Positions 1 to 13,757 of a DNA stretch of 64,000 nt are shown piece after piece. Origin of the DNA: Geosiphon pyriformis uo1 (Eukaryota; Fungi; Glomeromycota); the NCBI GenBank assembly GCA_016748015.1, contig JAAOMT010000675.1:806001-870000 (forward strand), written 5' to 3'. The notes under the pieces are model-generated. The model ran no database searches, was not told where the DNA came from, and was given only the letters and a program-made list of their open reading frames with translations. Position numbers and translations under genes: made by a program. Position 1 is the first letter of the stretch; each line of letters starts with the position of its first letter.

Positions 1-317
1 GTTGAAAGATATTACTGTGAATAATTCCAATTTCTAAGTTATTTAATAAAACTATGGAGAAATTGTTGGGATTGTAAAAAGTAACTCGAATTTTCTTTGT
101 TTCTTCTGGAATATAAATGTTTGGGATTGAGATATTATGTTCCAAGCAGATTTGTTCATTGGACTCAAAAATTTGTTGTGTGGTTGTTGGCTTTTCACAA
201 GTGTAAATTTCAGGGTGTTCTCCAAAGGGTAAAATGGTAATTGGTTGTGGAAATCATAAAATCTGATAAGATTCTTTCTGTTTATTGAGGGCTATGTTTA
301 CTGGAACTGTGAATTGT

Positions 318-715
318 CCAGTTGAACCAAAACCTTGGGTTCCTCTTTCACTTTTTCCCAATAGTTCTCTTTGATTGACTAATTGTAAATCCAAAATGTT
401 GATTAAGGGTAAATAAATGGCTTGGGCAATTTTCTCGGCATGTTCAATCTTAAATGGCTTGTCAGTTTCGTTTTGGAGTATTACTGTTATGTTACCAGTA
501 TATCCAGCATCAATTATTCCTCTTCTGACATTGATTCCTTTGCTTGTCAGAGAGAACTAGGAGGCGATTTGAACCATTGCTCTTGGCGAGATTTCGAGAG
601 CAATTTTGAGGTTGATTTTTGTGAAAGATTTGGGTTTGAGAATGAGAGTATCCTTGTCTGGATATCTTAGGTCATATCCAGCATCAATTTCATGTGCTTT
701 TTCAGATTTTATTCC
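318..715 (-). pseudogene. dUTPase domain of element F
   Basis: Motifs AGYDL, IAS(R)SSL, INVRRGIIDAGYTG, IAQAI, RGTQGFGSTG are readable across a stop codon. Confidence 0.9.
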
Positions 716-1525
716 TTGTCTGTGGTTGTTGAAGTATTTGAGTTGTAAGACAGACTGATTTTTGATAAGATAAATGAGTGTTGTTTTAATTTCTTCTGTT
801 GCTTCAGGTTCTCCAAATTCAATTTTATATTCATCACTTTTGCTGGACAAGGGAATGCTAAGAGCATAGCATTCAAAACACCATTGTTTATTACAAGACA
901 TTATGCATTCCTTACATAATTTAATGTTCATTTGTTCTAGCCGTTGAGCTTGAGCTTCTTTAGTTAGGTAAGTGTAACTTGCAATTTGATGGTACACTTC
1001 TACTTCATCTTCATAATTGAATCCAGCTAATTCTATGGTGTATTCAATGTATTCTGCTTCTTTCATTTAATGAACATCTTCTTTGGTAGCTCTATTAACT
1101 AATGCCATTGCTAAGTTGAAAATCATCTCAGCATTATAGGAGTAGTGATAAAGTTTGTTGAGAGTATTGTTGTATGTTGTATCAAAAAGTGTTCCTCTTT
1201 TGACTTTTTCTGAAATTGATAAAGCATATTGGCAGGTTTGATTGCAGACTCCTTCTCTCATTGCTACATTAATTCAATTGTATTCTTCTGGTAACATATC
1301 TCCACAAGTCAAACAAAGGGTGTTGTCCTATTTTCTACTTCTTTTTATTAGATAGCTCTATCATTTTCTGTGGCAAGCTTTGCAGTAATAACAAGTATGA
1401 TTTTCATATTCTTCTTCAGGTGAAATGCAGGCTCCCATTGAAGAAAGTTTCTTGTGGCAGTCTTTGCATTTGAGTGAAATGTAAGAGTGTCATTTCTTTG
1501 GTTCTGGTTTAGAATATGAAATGTT

Positions 1526-4079
1526 CTATTCAGGGGTTTTTGATTCCTCTGGATATGATTTTGTTGCAAAATATGTTTGCTCAGTTTCTTCAGCCCAGTT
1601 AAATGTTGATTCAAAGGCCATAAATGTTTCGACTACAGGCTTTTCTTCCTCCTTTTCAAATTTGAAAACAGGGGCTTTCTCCAATCGTTTGTTGAATGTA
1701 CCACAAGTAGTGAGTACTCGGGCATGTTGTCCTTGATATGAGAGTTGTAATTCTTGAGTTTTCCAGTCTAATTTTGCATTGGCTTTTTGAAGCCAATCAT
1801 TTCCGACAAGGGCTTGATACTGGGGCACATCCATTATAAGAACTTTGACTGGAATGGTGATTCCATCAAGAGTAAACAGAAAATTGTCAATTTCTTCTAT
1901 GAGAGTCTTTTTCATGCTATTAGCAGTGACGATTACTGTCTGAGCTGGTCGGTCAACATTTTTCTTTAACTGTTGTATCAACTGGTAGGTAATAATGCTT
2001 CCAGCAGATCTACTGTCTAGAATCAAGCGAATTGCTTTTTCTTCGACTTCTGCTTCAGTGTATATAACAGTAATTGCTTTTTGTTTGTTGGCAGCTGCAT
2101 TGCTGAGCAGGAATAGTGACTCATTTGCTTCGAACTCAAAAGAGAATATATCTAAAAGGTTGGCGTTTTCAGCAATTCTGGCTGGTAAGATTATGGTAGG
2201 AGTATAGAAAGGGTTTTGTTGTCATGCTGCAGCTCTAGCTTCCGAGAGTGCAGTATGATAAAAATTCTGTTCTTCTGGCATTGGGTTGAATGTAATAGTT
2301 GTTGGGTCTTGGTTAAACAGAATTTTAGGAAACCAATTGGTTGTTTGAACTAATTCTATTGTTGTTTATTTGGGATTGGTTTTGTGGTGTGAATTGATTT
2401 TGTGTAATCAATCTTCAAGCAGATACTTGATAATGTTGTGTGAGTGGTTGTTGGTATTGCTGTTGGATTGGCTATAGGGTGGGCTGATAATAGTTATTTT
2501 GGTATTGGGGTCTTGGTAGATAGTAAGCTGGTGGTAGTGGTTGATAATAAGATTGCTGTGGTGGAGGGTAACATTGATTACTCCTATTTTGTTGGTCTCA
2601 TTGTAGCTTTCTGCAATCTCTTTTCCAGTGGCCAGGAATTCCACAGTAATGGCAATTCTGAGGCTGGTTATTAGAGAGTGATTTGAAGTTATTTTGATTT
2701 CATCTTTGGAGTGGTTGATATCTTTGGGGTTGCTGTTGTTGTTGGTTGGTGAAATAGTTTTCAGCTGCTAAGCTGGTTTTTCCAATGGCCAAGTTTACAA
2801 GTTTTATGTGATTGGCCTCTTCTATGGCCATTTCATATCTCTTTGCACGCTATATAGCAGAGTTTAAATCTTCTGAGGCATGTAGGCAAACCTTTTTAAT
2901 CAGTTTATCCTTTAAACCAGCAATAAATTGATCCAAAATTTGAGCATTAGAATAATAATCATTAGTTTTAAGTTGGCGAATTTGTCTGAGAAGTTTGTTG
3001 AATTTCTCAATATAAGTCATAACAGATTCAAAGGGTTCTTGTTTGATATTGTGAAAACAATTTCAAAGAGTAATGGAGGTGTTGTTATCAGTGAATTGTT
3101 CTAAGAAGGCAGTTTTGAAAGCTGTTCAGTCATTAAAAAGAGTGGTCAAGTTTTCAAACCATTTGCCTGCTGTTTTTTTGAGAAAGTAGGAAATTGTTCT
3201 TAACATTCTGGCAGTATTTCATCTATTTGCATCTCTAGCTTTAGTAATTTGGTTGAGCCATTCTTGGGGACTGGTCTCAATATTTTCTCCATTAAATTTG
3301 GGAATTTTTGCAATATAAGCTGTCATTTTGTCTTCTTTCTTATTATCTATTAATTCACTTTCTTCTTCGGATTCTACTTTTTCTTCAATAGTTTCAGAAA
3401 CGTTTTCTTTGTTGGCTAATGTTTCAAAGTGTTCACTTGTGTTTTCTGCTAAATAGTCAAGAAGATTGGTACTAGTCTGAAGAGTTTCTTGTTGTCTGGT
3501 GGGACTTTTGGGTAATGTATAATCTTCTAGTCTTGAAAATTGATTTAAAGGTAAATTAGGAGTTTCTGCTTATGCAAGTGAAGCTGAAAAAGATGTAATA
3601 GTAAGTGGGAGTTTTGAACTGGTTCCTTGTTCAGGTGTTTGTAAGTTTTTGGCAGTTGTTTTTGGTAGTATTGGAGTATTTGGGGTGGTTTTTGAGTATT
3701 GCTTCAATTTTTGTTTGCCTTTGTTGCTTGTTTCTGTCTTTGATTCAAAGTCAAAAAAGTATTTAAACTGTACTGGGTATTTTTTTTCACAATACTCAAT
3801 AATGTTAAAATTAAATTCTTGGAAGTAGGTAGCAAGTGTTTTACTGTTCAGATCTTCTGTTCCCAATTGTGAATAGTGCACTAAATTATTGTAGAGATTG
3901 CTTCTAACTTCTGAAATGTTGTAGTTTCCAAAAAGATAATTGTTGATGCAGTTTTCAATGTATTGGTATACTGATTTCTTGACAACTTTAAATCCGTTTG
4001 GAATGTTGAATCTTTGCTTGCAGTGTGTGTAAATTGACTGGTAATACCCTAGAGTTGTTGTGTTTAGTGTAGTCGCCAC
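1526..4079 (-). pseudogene. Gag-protease region of element F
   Basis: ORF fragments 3570-4079 and 1526-2026; capsid-like 'AYIAKIPKFNGE...EWL', CCHC knuckle, 'ILDS.SAGS' and 'LVGNDWL' aspartic protease motifs. Confidence 0.85.
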
Positions 4080-4429
4080 TTTGAATTTGTTGTTGCTGTG
4101 TTATTTCCATGGGAGAGCACCAAATATTACCAGAGGTTTTTGGTCTTTTTTCTTGAATGTTGTAACTGTTTGTTGGTTGCAAATTCACGTTTTCTAAAAG
4201 TAGTTGAACTTCCAGTAACTGAATTTATCTTCAAATTATTTCCTATAATTTGAACTGCTAGGCTTATAAGTGGAATGGCCAATTCTGTGCCAGTTGCTTT
4301 GTGTAGTTACATTGTAGTAAATATCAACTCTTTCCCAGGAATTGCTTGTTTAAAAGCTCACTAAAATATGTAGTTACTTTGCTGTGAAAGTCAACTCTTC
4401 TACAAAAATCTCGTCTGTAGGCTACCCTA

Positions 4430-5026
4430 ATAATTATAATAAGAAAATAAAAGAAAGAAAATAAAAAAAATGTAAAAGAAATAGAGTTCTGTTAAGGGAA
4501 ACGTTTTCTATCCAGGCCTGAAGTCACTAACAGTTTTACTGAAATTGGTAGCTAATCAATTTCAAAACATTAGTTGGGTTTTGAGAATTTTCCAAGTGCA
4601 ATAATTAAAGAATTTGGTTTTTTGAATTATTTGATATTTATTTCTTTTTGTGTGTGTAGAAATGGTTCTAAGTAATAAATCTAAAGTAAGATACATTTTC
4701 TTGAAGAGAGAAACTCTTCTTTTATACAACTTGTTGTAACACTATTCTATGAACTTGAACTTTGCTCTTTTCTACAATTTTGCTGAACTAAAGATACATT
4801 TCGGTGAACTTTTGAATGTTACATATTTCGAGATATTGCATGATTGATCATTGCACTTAGGTTACATTTGTGTTATGTACAAATTGGGTTATTAATTAAA
4901 TGATAATTTTGGACATTTTGCTAATGTAATAAGTAATAATTTAAAACAATAATATATGCTAATTAATGATAAGATTTATAAGGGTAATTTCATGCTAAAC
5001 AATATCTCTAATTTCATCTGATAACA
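4430..5026 (-). repeat. 5' LTR of element F (inner boundary approximate)
   Basis: Begins TGTTAT on the minus strand exactly where element E sequence is interrupted. Followed by a PBS-like GGTAGCCTACAGACG (4412-4426). The partner LTR is outside the window. Confidence 0.6.
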
Positions 5027-8000
5027 TTACTAATAACTGTATTTTGCTTTTTTGTCAGGTTTTCTATTGAAAATTTTTTTGAAAATATCATAGTAAGACC
5101 AGCAGATTAGCTTGCCATTTACAATGATTCCTTTTTTGTTAGCTTTAATATTGTCTAATGACATGTTATTGCTGGTAAAGCTGGTATAAGCAAGTTTAGC
5201 AGTTTTTTCTTGTTCTTTTTGTTCTTCTTGTTTTTTTTCTTCATTGTTTTTTTCATTATTTGATTCATCTGATTGCTCATCTTTTTAACTCTGCTTAGGT
5301 ACTGGAAGGATTGTTCAATGATAATACTTAACCACAATGGGCTTCTCATTACATCTGATGATTAGCTTACAAAGTTTATAATCAAATAGTGCTTTGGCTT
5401 TTTTAAGCCACTTATTGTTAACAATTATGGTGTACTTTTTTGCTTTAGATGCTTTTATGTTAGTTTCAATGCTGATGCTATTAATACAAATAGGAATAGC
5501 TTTGGCAATATCAAGCTCTTTTTTTTGTCATCATGCACATTAGTTATAAGTCTGGTTAAGAGTTCATCAATTTTTTTACCAATGACTTTCAAAAAATATT
5601 TAGCAATAATACTAACAAATAATCTACTGTTTAGAATCAAGTCAATGAAATAGCCAGCTACTTGTGCTTTGCAGATTAGAGGGGTAACATTACTATTGTT
5701 AGTGAATTCAGTTTGTTAAGAGTGCTTATTGGTTTTTGGTGTCTTTTTCTTTGAAATTAAAGATTTGTGGAGATTTTTTCTGAACTGTAGATGAATTATT
5801 AATTGGCCAAAAATAATATAAGCTGGGGTTTTTATAAAATTTTAAACAATAAAATAGAGACCAGATTTTTGTACTATTTTTAAAGGTTTTAACTTTGGAG
5901 AATTTTTAAAAATTTTAGTCTTTGGTGGTTTATTGTTATTAACAGTTGATGTAGATGCTTTGTTTGGGTCTAAAACGAAATCAATCTTGGCTTTTTTTTT
6001 TTCTTGTTGATTTAAAGATGTTGATTGCTAGTTCATCTATGTCATAATTATTATTAGTTAAGTTAAAAGCAAAAAAAAAGTTTTTTTCTGGTTGGCTTGT
6101 ACTTTTACCTTTTGGAAATACACCTATTAGTTTAAAGACTAATAAACAGTAGCTTTAACTAAGGAATTCTCTTCAAAAAAATTGATGTTGGCATAATTAG
6201 ATCTTTGATTGAAGGCATTGTTGTTGTTAGTTTTGTTGTTCTGGTTATTATTATTTCTAGAAGCTGAAGGAAACAAAAAAAAATTGTTGCAATCTTTAGA
6301 AAAATGTCTAGTTAATCCACAGTAATAATACACAGGTGGATCATAATTTTGTTGTCTTTAATAAAGAGGTTGCTGAGATTGATTAAAACAAGATTCAAAT
6401 CTGGGTTTTTGTAATTATTAATTATCTCTAACTGCTTGGATTAAAGATTCCAGTAATCAAACAAGATTGGCTGTAAGTCTATCTATCAACTGTTCATTTG
6501 GGTCTTAAATTTGGGCAGCAAAAGAGGTAGTGATTATTTGAAGAGCAAAAGCCATAACAAGAGCAAAAGCAAAAACTGGAAGTGTAGATCTTAGGTGTAT
6601 TTTTTGATTGTTTTCTATTCTCTGGGCAAGTTTAATAGCCATATTTATTGTGAGATTATTTTTTAGAGCCAGGAGGAGCCAAAGAGCATAAAAAAAATTA
6701 GTTCTCAATTTTTTTGTAAAGGAATGAATCTTTTGCTTTTTTGTTCAATTTTTTTTAAAGTCTATTTATTTGATTAGTTTTTTGATTGCTTTAACATATT
6801 CAGTCACAATTTCATCAGGATTTTGGGTTCTTTTTTCTAATTTCATACACCATTTTGAGATTAAAATAGAAGTTCTAAATTTAGTTTTAAACTGGATTGT
6901 AAAAAAGGTGTTTTCTTTTTTAACATTTGTTAGTGTCTATTTAATGATTCTTTGGTAAACACCAGCATTAATTTTTTGTAAGAACCAAGTAGCAAAAGAG
7001 CCTTGAAGATAGCCACCAATGATTTGGAACTTATATTCAGTATTGTATTAATTAGTAGTGGCTGTTTTTTCAAAATCATTTAACCATTCAATTAGATCTT
7101 GTATATTACCTCTGAATAAAAATAATAAAGTATTATTTCTTTGCTTTAAAGCAGTTTGTATGTCTTGAAGGATGGTCAGAATGTTTTTTTGCATAAGATT
7201 ATTAGCCATTAGTTTAGAAGTAGCTGTTTGTGTCAAATGTTTTGATTCATTTGAGAAAAAATCAAAAACAGAAGCAGTTTAATAACTTTCTTTTTTTGTT
7301 TTAAAAAAAGTTTTAGTTAGCTAATGGGCAGCAATCCAAATGTGAACTTGATAATTCAAGTATTCGAAATTAAGGGGTTGTTGTTCAAAGATTATGAAGT
7401 ATAAAAGCTGATTAATGCTGTTGTTTTTTTCTTTAAAGTTGTCTTTAAAATAAGCTTAGTTAAAATAATAAATTGTATAAGCTGTATAGGTTTTAGCTGA
7501 ATGCTCATTTAGAAACCAGTTTTAAAAATCTTGGAATTGTTTACTGAATTGTTTTTTAATGAGGAAGCAAATTAAGCAGAAAAGCAAAAGATTGAGTTTA
7601 ATAAAGTCTAAATTGTTTTTGTTGTGTGTTTTAAAGTATTCTTTTAATTATTATAACAGACATAAATAATCACTTATACAATAGGAAACAAAGTGGATTT
7701 TGACAATCTTATAGAGAACACTACTTTTATGTTATAGATTAGAATAACAAGCTAATAGATAGCAAGAAAAAACAGGATTGTAAGATAATAAAAATAATTA
7801 AAAAGAAAATTACAATATGAGAGTAAATTAAATAAGTAAGAATTCAATATACATGATTAGTCTCATAAAAATCACACTCGCAAATTTTTTCTGGAAATCT
7901 GAAAATAAAAAAATAGTTCATGATTGTCAACAAAATAACACTAATGCTATTATTTTATGTCTTAACTCAGTAATTCTTAGAATTAATAACAGGTATTATT

Positions 8001-8418
8001 GTGCTTTTCAATCATTTTTTTATTCAATAAATTACAAGAGCAAACAATTGCTTTTTAGGCTAATTCTAACAATACAAATCAAAAAGAAAAAAAGATAAAA
8101 TATGTAAATACCAACAAGTAATCTTTTATTTCAAAATATTCAGATACTTAAAGATAAAAAAAAGGGAATAAGTGATATAAAAAAAAGTAATTAATAATGG
8201 GTTTTATTTTATTACTTTGATTATGTCTTTCTATAACTAAGAGATTCATTACTTATATAACTATTGAAAGTGGTCAATAATCAGATCAACGACTAGGTTA
8301 ATAATCAAGCTATTAATCAAATCAATAATTACTATCTAAAAATAAGATGGCTAATTATATAATATTAGTAACTAATATATATAATAACTTATAAAAAATA
8401 TGAGTTTCAACTGTAATA
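5027..8418 (-). mobile_element. Ty3/Gypsy element 'E' (same family as B), 5' LTR plus gag-PR, interrupted by F; more mutated than B
   Basis: Colinear with B 27410-30784 (e.g. 'MILNSRLFVSIIAKYFL' vs 'LILDSRSFVSVIAKHFL'); LTR 7730-8418; degenerate PBS 7707-7723. Confidence 0.9.
7730..8418 (-). repeat. 5' LTR of element E
   Basis: TGTTATAG...TGTAATA, homologous to LTRs 23118-23773 and 30093-30784. Confidence 0.85.
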
Positions 8419-8949
8419 ATATTTTAAATTTATAATTATTATTTAGAAATAATTATTAAAAATACAATTAATTAATCTATTTTTAATTATATTAATCATA
8501 ATTATAATTAAGTTTTAAATCTAATTATTTAAATTTGATTATCTAGATTAATAGCTTATAAAAAAATAACATATTAAGTAAGTTTATAATTAATTTAATT
8601 AATTTAATTAATTTAATATATATAAATAATTGATATATTTAAATAGTTTTAATAGAATATATAAATCTAATATAATTTAATTATATATATAAACTCTTTA
8701 TTAGTTTAAAAAGATATTAATTTTATATTAAACCAACTTTTTTCTATAGTTTTATAATAATTAATTAATTTTTATATATATATATATATTTTTCTCTTTT
8801 TTTAAGCTTTAAATATTTTTTATTAATATTTTAAATATGTAACAAACTTTTATTAACACATTTAATTTCTATTATTTTGTATTTTTTAATCACATATTAT
8901 TTATATTTTATATTATATTTTTTATATATTTTTTAATAATTTTTTTATT

Positions 8950-11500
8950 TTTGCTTTCTATAAATTGAAGTTTTAAATATCACATATTTTTAATAATTAA
9001 TTAAAAAAAATTGGTTATATTTTGGTTAAGTTAAATATTGATTTTAATAAATTAGATTTATTTTTTCTGGTTTTAAAAAGTTTATTATATATTTAAGCTT
9101 GCTAAGTCTTATAGAAAAAAAAATTCAAAAATTAAAATTATTATTATAAAACAAATAAAAAATTTTGCTGTTAATAAAAGTTATATTTATTTTACAAAAT
9201 ATTTTTAGACTATTTAATTATAAAAAATAAACAAGAAAAAAAAAATTCTAGACAATATTTCTAATTTGTAAAATTATTAGTATTTGTTTTTGGTCTATGT
9301 TAATAACAAAGTATTTTTAATAGTAATATATATAATTAATTATGATAAAATATTTAGTATAATTAAAAATCTGTTTGTAAAAAAGCTGTTAATTTATTTA
9401 TTATTACCAATAAATTTTGAAAATATTATAATAAGTTTATTCTGAAAATGTTTTTGAATTTGTTCTTTAACTTTAAAAAAAGATTTAGATGTTTATAATT
9501 TTTAAATTTTATAAATAAAAAAGAATTTTAAGCAATACCAAATTAATTATCTTAATTAAAACTGCTTAAAATATTTTTTTATTTTAAAGAACACTTTAAT
9601 TTAATTTTAATTTTTATAATAAATTTAATAATAAAAAATATATTAAAAAAAATTGTAAATTTTAATTAATTTTGCAAAATATGCAAAAAACTTATAATTT
9701 TGTTAATTAACATCAATTAAAAAACAGTTTAGTTAGAATTAAAATATGTAATAAATTTATAAGATTTTTTAATAGTATTTATATTAATAGAATTAATTAG
9801 ATTACATTAAATTATAAATTAACAAATAAATACAAAATACATGATAGTTTAGACTAAAAAAAAGTCTTTTTTTTATTACTTTAAAGAATTTTTTATAATC
9901 TTTTTTTGGGTAAAATAAAAGACATAAAAATTTGTATAATTATTAAATTAATATTAAATTTGTTATTAAAACTAACAGAATAAAAAACCAAACTGAATTG
10001 ATTTTTTATTTAACTATTAAAGTTTTTTTTAATAATATATTTTAAATAAAAAATAGCCAAGCTATTAATTAATATATTTTAAATTTAAAAAGTAATTTTT
10101 TTATAATTAATAATATTTTTATAAACAATAAAAAAACTGTACTTATTTTTATTAATCCAAAAATAAGAAATGGTTTTTTGTTTATTAATAAATTATCAAT
10201 CTTTATAACAAAAAAAAAGTCTTTAAAATATTTGAGTATTTTTTTGTTTATAAATAATTTGTTTAGATTTAATCTAATTAAAATATATTTAAATATTAGA
10301 TTTTTTATTAACATGATTATAAAAAAAGCTATTTTTAAAAAGCAGTTTTATTATTTAGTATTAATTATACTAAAATTAATTGTAAATTATAAAATTCAGT
10401 TTAGTTTTATATTTAAAAATATGTATAATAAGTAAAATGATTTAAATAAAAAAAGTTTAAAAATAAAGAATTATTTATTAAATAACTTTTTAAATAAAAC
10501 AATTTATTATTTTTCTTTATATAATTTAAAGATTTTAAACAAATATAGACAAAAAAAAAGTGGGTTTAATAATAAATATTTTAAATACTAAAAATGTTCT
10601 TAATTATTTTTTTATATTATAGATTATTAAATTTGCAAATATTGAGTTAATTATTTTATTATTCTTTACAATTTTCTGTAAAATTATATATTAATTTTGT
10701 AAACAATTTTTTGACAAATATTATAAGAATTTTTTTCAATTGTAATGTTTTTCTTAAAAACAATTTACTTACAATATTTTGTTTTATTAATAATATTTTA
10801 ATATTTATTGTTTTGGAAAATATAATTTTTTGTAATATGTTTTACTTATTAAAAAAATTTAAAAAAATTTTTGTTAAATAACTGTTAACTAAAACGAATT
10901 TGGTTTTTAATTAAAAAAAGATTAAATTTTAAAAGTTTTATTCTTATGTAATTTAATGTAGTAGTTAAATTTTTAAAAAGTAAAATTTTTTATAGTATAG
11001 TTTTAATATTGCTTAATAATTTTTGATTATTTAATATTAAGATTTTTTATGATTTTGTTATAATAAAAAAAGTTTACAAAAAGTGAATTTAAATATTGTT
11101 AATATATACATAAATAGTTTTTTAAAAAGATTGGATACATTAAAGATAGTTTGTAATATAATTATATTTTTTATAGATTTAAGTTTAAAAATTAATGTTA
11201 AAATAAAAAAATTGATTTTTTTAATAATAATTAAACTATAAACAATTATTTTGGCTTTAGAATATATTTTTATATCTAATATTATTATAATAAATTTAAA
11301 TAACTAAGCTGTTTTAAATGTTTGTTTATTTAAATATTATTAAACATAAAAATTTTAATGTTTAATAATTTAAAGTCAAGAGTTATTTAAATGTTTTGAA
11401 TTTGTTAATTTTATTTTTTGCTTAGCTCAATTTTTTTCTTTTAATATTTAGAAAAAATATATTAAAATTAATAAAATAATAGTTTTTAAAAATGTTTAAT
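8950..11500 (+). pseudogene. Fossil LINE ORF2 (RT to RNase H), near-saturated with C>T/G>A changes
   Basis: 9300-9580 aligns by eye with LINE 34980-35290 (GKAAG...NELWKH...IPKPYEW...IALIETA). 11100-11330 aligns with the RNase H 36910-37055/46538-46610. Boundaries approximate. Confidence 0.7.
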
Positions 11501-12579
11501 ATTTTATTTATAATATTTTTAAAGTAATATACTATATTTACTAAAAAATTGAATCTGGTTATAATACTGTTAATAAAATTATGATCAAAAATATTGATTA
11601 AATTTAAACATTTTTAGTATAATATTCTAATTAACATATAATTTTTGAGTTTATAAATAAATTTATAATTGATTTGTGTTTTTATTTTATAAAGATTCTA
11701 TATTATTATTATTTTATAGTAATTTAAAAATATTTATATGATAAAAAATATCTTAATATTTGGTATTTCTATTACTATAAGTTTTTGTATTATGTTTTTA
11801 TATGTATAATAAAATTAAAATTTATATAAGTTTGTTAAATTTACTTGTTATTTAATAGAAATTTTTATTAAAAATACATAGTTTGTTATTATATATATTA
11901 TAACTGCTATTTTTTTGTGTTTAATAATATAATATATATTATTTTATATAAAAATATTGTTTTTAAAGATTAATATAATAAGCTTTTATTTATTTTTAAT
12001 AATATTAAAATTGTTAACAGCAAAATTGTTATTTTTATTTATAATATAAATATTGTTTATTATAATAAATTATAATTAATTAAATTTAAATATAAAGTAA
12101 TTATAGAAAAAAATAATTTAGTATTATGTAATAGTTTTGTATTTTTAGTTATTAATAATTTATTATCTTTATTTTTAAATAATATGATAAAAATACTTAA
12201 TATTACTAAAATATTTAATATTACTTAGAATTAATATAAATTTTATATATTTTTTTCTAATATAGATTATAATATTTCGATTAATATAATTATTTTAATT
12301 AGTTTAAGTAGCTAAAAATACGTAATTTGTGAACTATTTAATTTAATATATAATATTAAATAATATATAGACTTTATTTATTAAAAGGTTTAAATTAGAT
12401 ATAAATTATGTATTTTTTTTATATAATTAATTATTTAAATTAGTTAAAACACAAACTAAACTAAATTAAAAGGAATCAGAAATAAATTTAATTTAAATTT
12501 TAAGTATTAAAAACAAATTGTCTTAAAAACAATCTAGTTTTTTTAATACTATATTTAATATTAAAATTATTTATTTATT

Positions 12580-13612
12580 ATTATACTACTAAATGTTTAA
12601 TAATTAATTTACTTAGAAAAAATGCTTTAAAAATACTTAATTTATTTTTATCTATATTATTAAATTTTATTTTAGCTTTAAAATTAACAAAGTCTATAAA
12701 TTAATCAATTAAATAATCAATAAAACTTTTAATAATACACTTTATAATAACCAAATTTTTTTCTATTTTAAAATTTTTGTGTATATTTTTAGTCAAAAAA
12801 AAGTAATTAAAGTAATTAAAAAATTGATTAGTTTAATAATAAACTTAATCAATACAACCAAATCAAAAATTTGAAATTCCAAAAAATTCAATTTAAAATT
12901 AAACACAGAATTAACAATAAAAATACAATAATAATAAAAGTTAAAAAAATAAAAACTTTAATATAAAACTTTATATTAATAAAAAATAAGTTAAAAGTCT
13001 TGAAATTATTAGTAAACTTAAATAAAAATATCTTATAATTCATAATTAAGTAATTTAAATTTTAAAACTTGTAATAATAATAATATTTAAAAGTTTTTTA
13101 TTAAATACAACATTTATATAAAATATTAATTTTTAAAATAATAAGATTTAAAATTTCTAAAAACTCAAAAATAATAATAACAAAATATTAATAATAATAA
13201 AAATTAAGAAAATAAAAAATAAAACAAATATGATTATTAACTTAAAAAATCAAATTACTAATTTTAAAAACAATATAATTAAAAAAAAATCGATTAATTC
13301 AGTCTTAAAAGTGTTTTTAAAATAATATTTTTTTTTTAGTTAAACAAAAAAAATTTAATACTGTTTTTTTATTAGTAAAAACTAGCAAATAAGAACAATA
13401 ACAGTAAAAAAATTCTTAAAATAAATAATAATATATTATTACAATTAGCAAACTTTAATTTAATTAAAATAATAACAACAAAAATACCAAAAGTATTTTT
13501 AATATTATTAAAAAATATACCAAATATAAAGTACAACAAAAATAGAAAAAAAACTATTACAAAAGATTTTGTAAATTTAAGAATAATTAAAAACAAAAAA
13601 TTATCAAGTTAA
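12580..13612 (-). pseudogene. Fossil LINE ORF1 (second family), left half of the copy interrupted by the 13622-47807 LINE
   Basis: Minus translation 'LIILKFTKS...IKNTFGIFVVIILIKLK' parallels 'LTILKIAKF...IKTAFSVFNKINCIILK' at 48880-49040. It joins across the TSD to 47817+ ('LFYINFASEVFL'). Left limit approximate. Confidence 0.6.
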
Positions 13613-13757
13613 AAAAACTTCTCTTTTACTTCCAAAAATTCTCAAAAAGCGTATTTCCTAAAAAAGAAGTTTTCTATTTTTTCTTGTTAGTTTTTTTAAC
13701 ATTTCTTTAAATAATAACCCTTTCATCGTGAATTTAAAGGCTGCTTCAGGTGGTAAT

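Larger units (their letters stand above)
1..5026 (-). mobile_element. Ty3/Gypsy LTR retrotransposon 'F' (5' part; runs off the left edge), dUTPase-bearing, degenerate
   Basis: Minus strand reads LTR start TGTTATCA (5026), Gag with CCHC knuckle CHYCGIPGHWKRDC (~2610-2655), protease LILDSRSAGS (~2026), Cys-rich region, dUTPase DAGYDL...GTQGFGSTG (~712-318). Many stops. Confidence 0.9.

Noticed and set aside
4410-4427. CTGTAGGCT resembling a 5S rRNA 3' end as primer for F
   Set aside because: Only 9 nt and equally compatible with a tRNA acceptor stem; cannot be distinguished from chance.
10069-10435. Overlapping F/I/K/L/N-rich ORFs (also 13372-13596, 48179-48457, 50516-50863)
   Set aside because: Compositional products of AT erosion within fossil LINEs, not functional genes.
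8420-13600. Possible mitochondrial insertion or endosymbiont (Mollicutes-like) DNA
   Set aside because: No rRNA/tRNA or bacterial/mitochondrial protein motifs seen; large parts align with LINE ORF1/ORF2.
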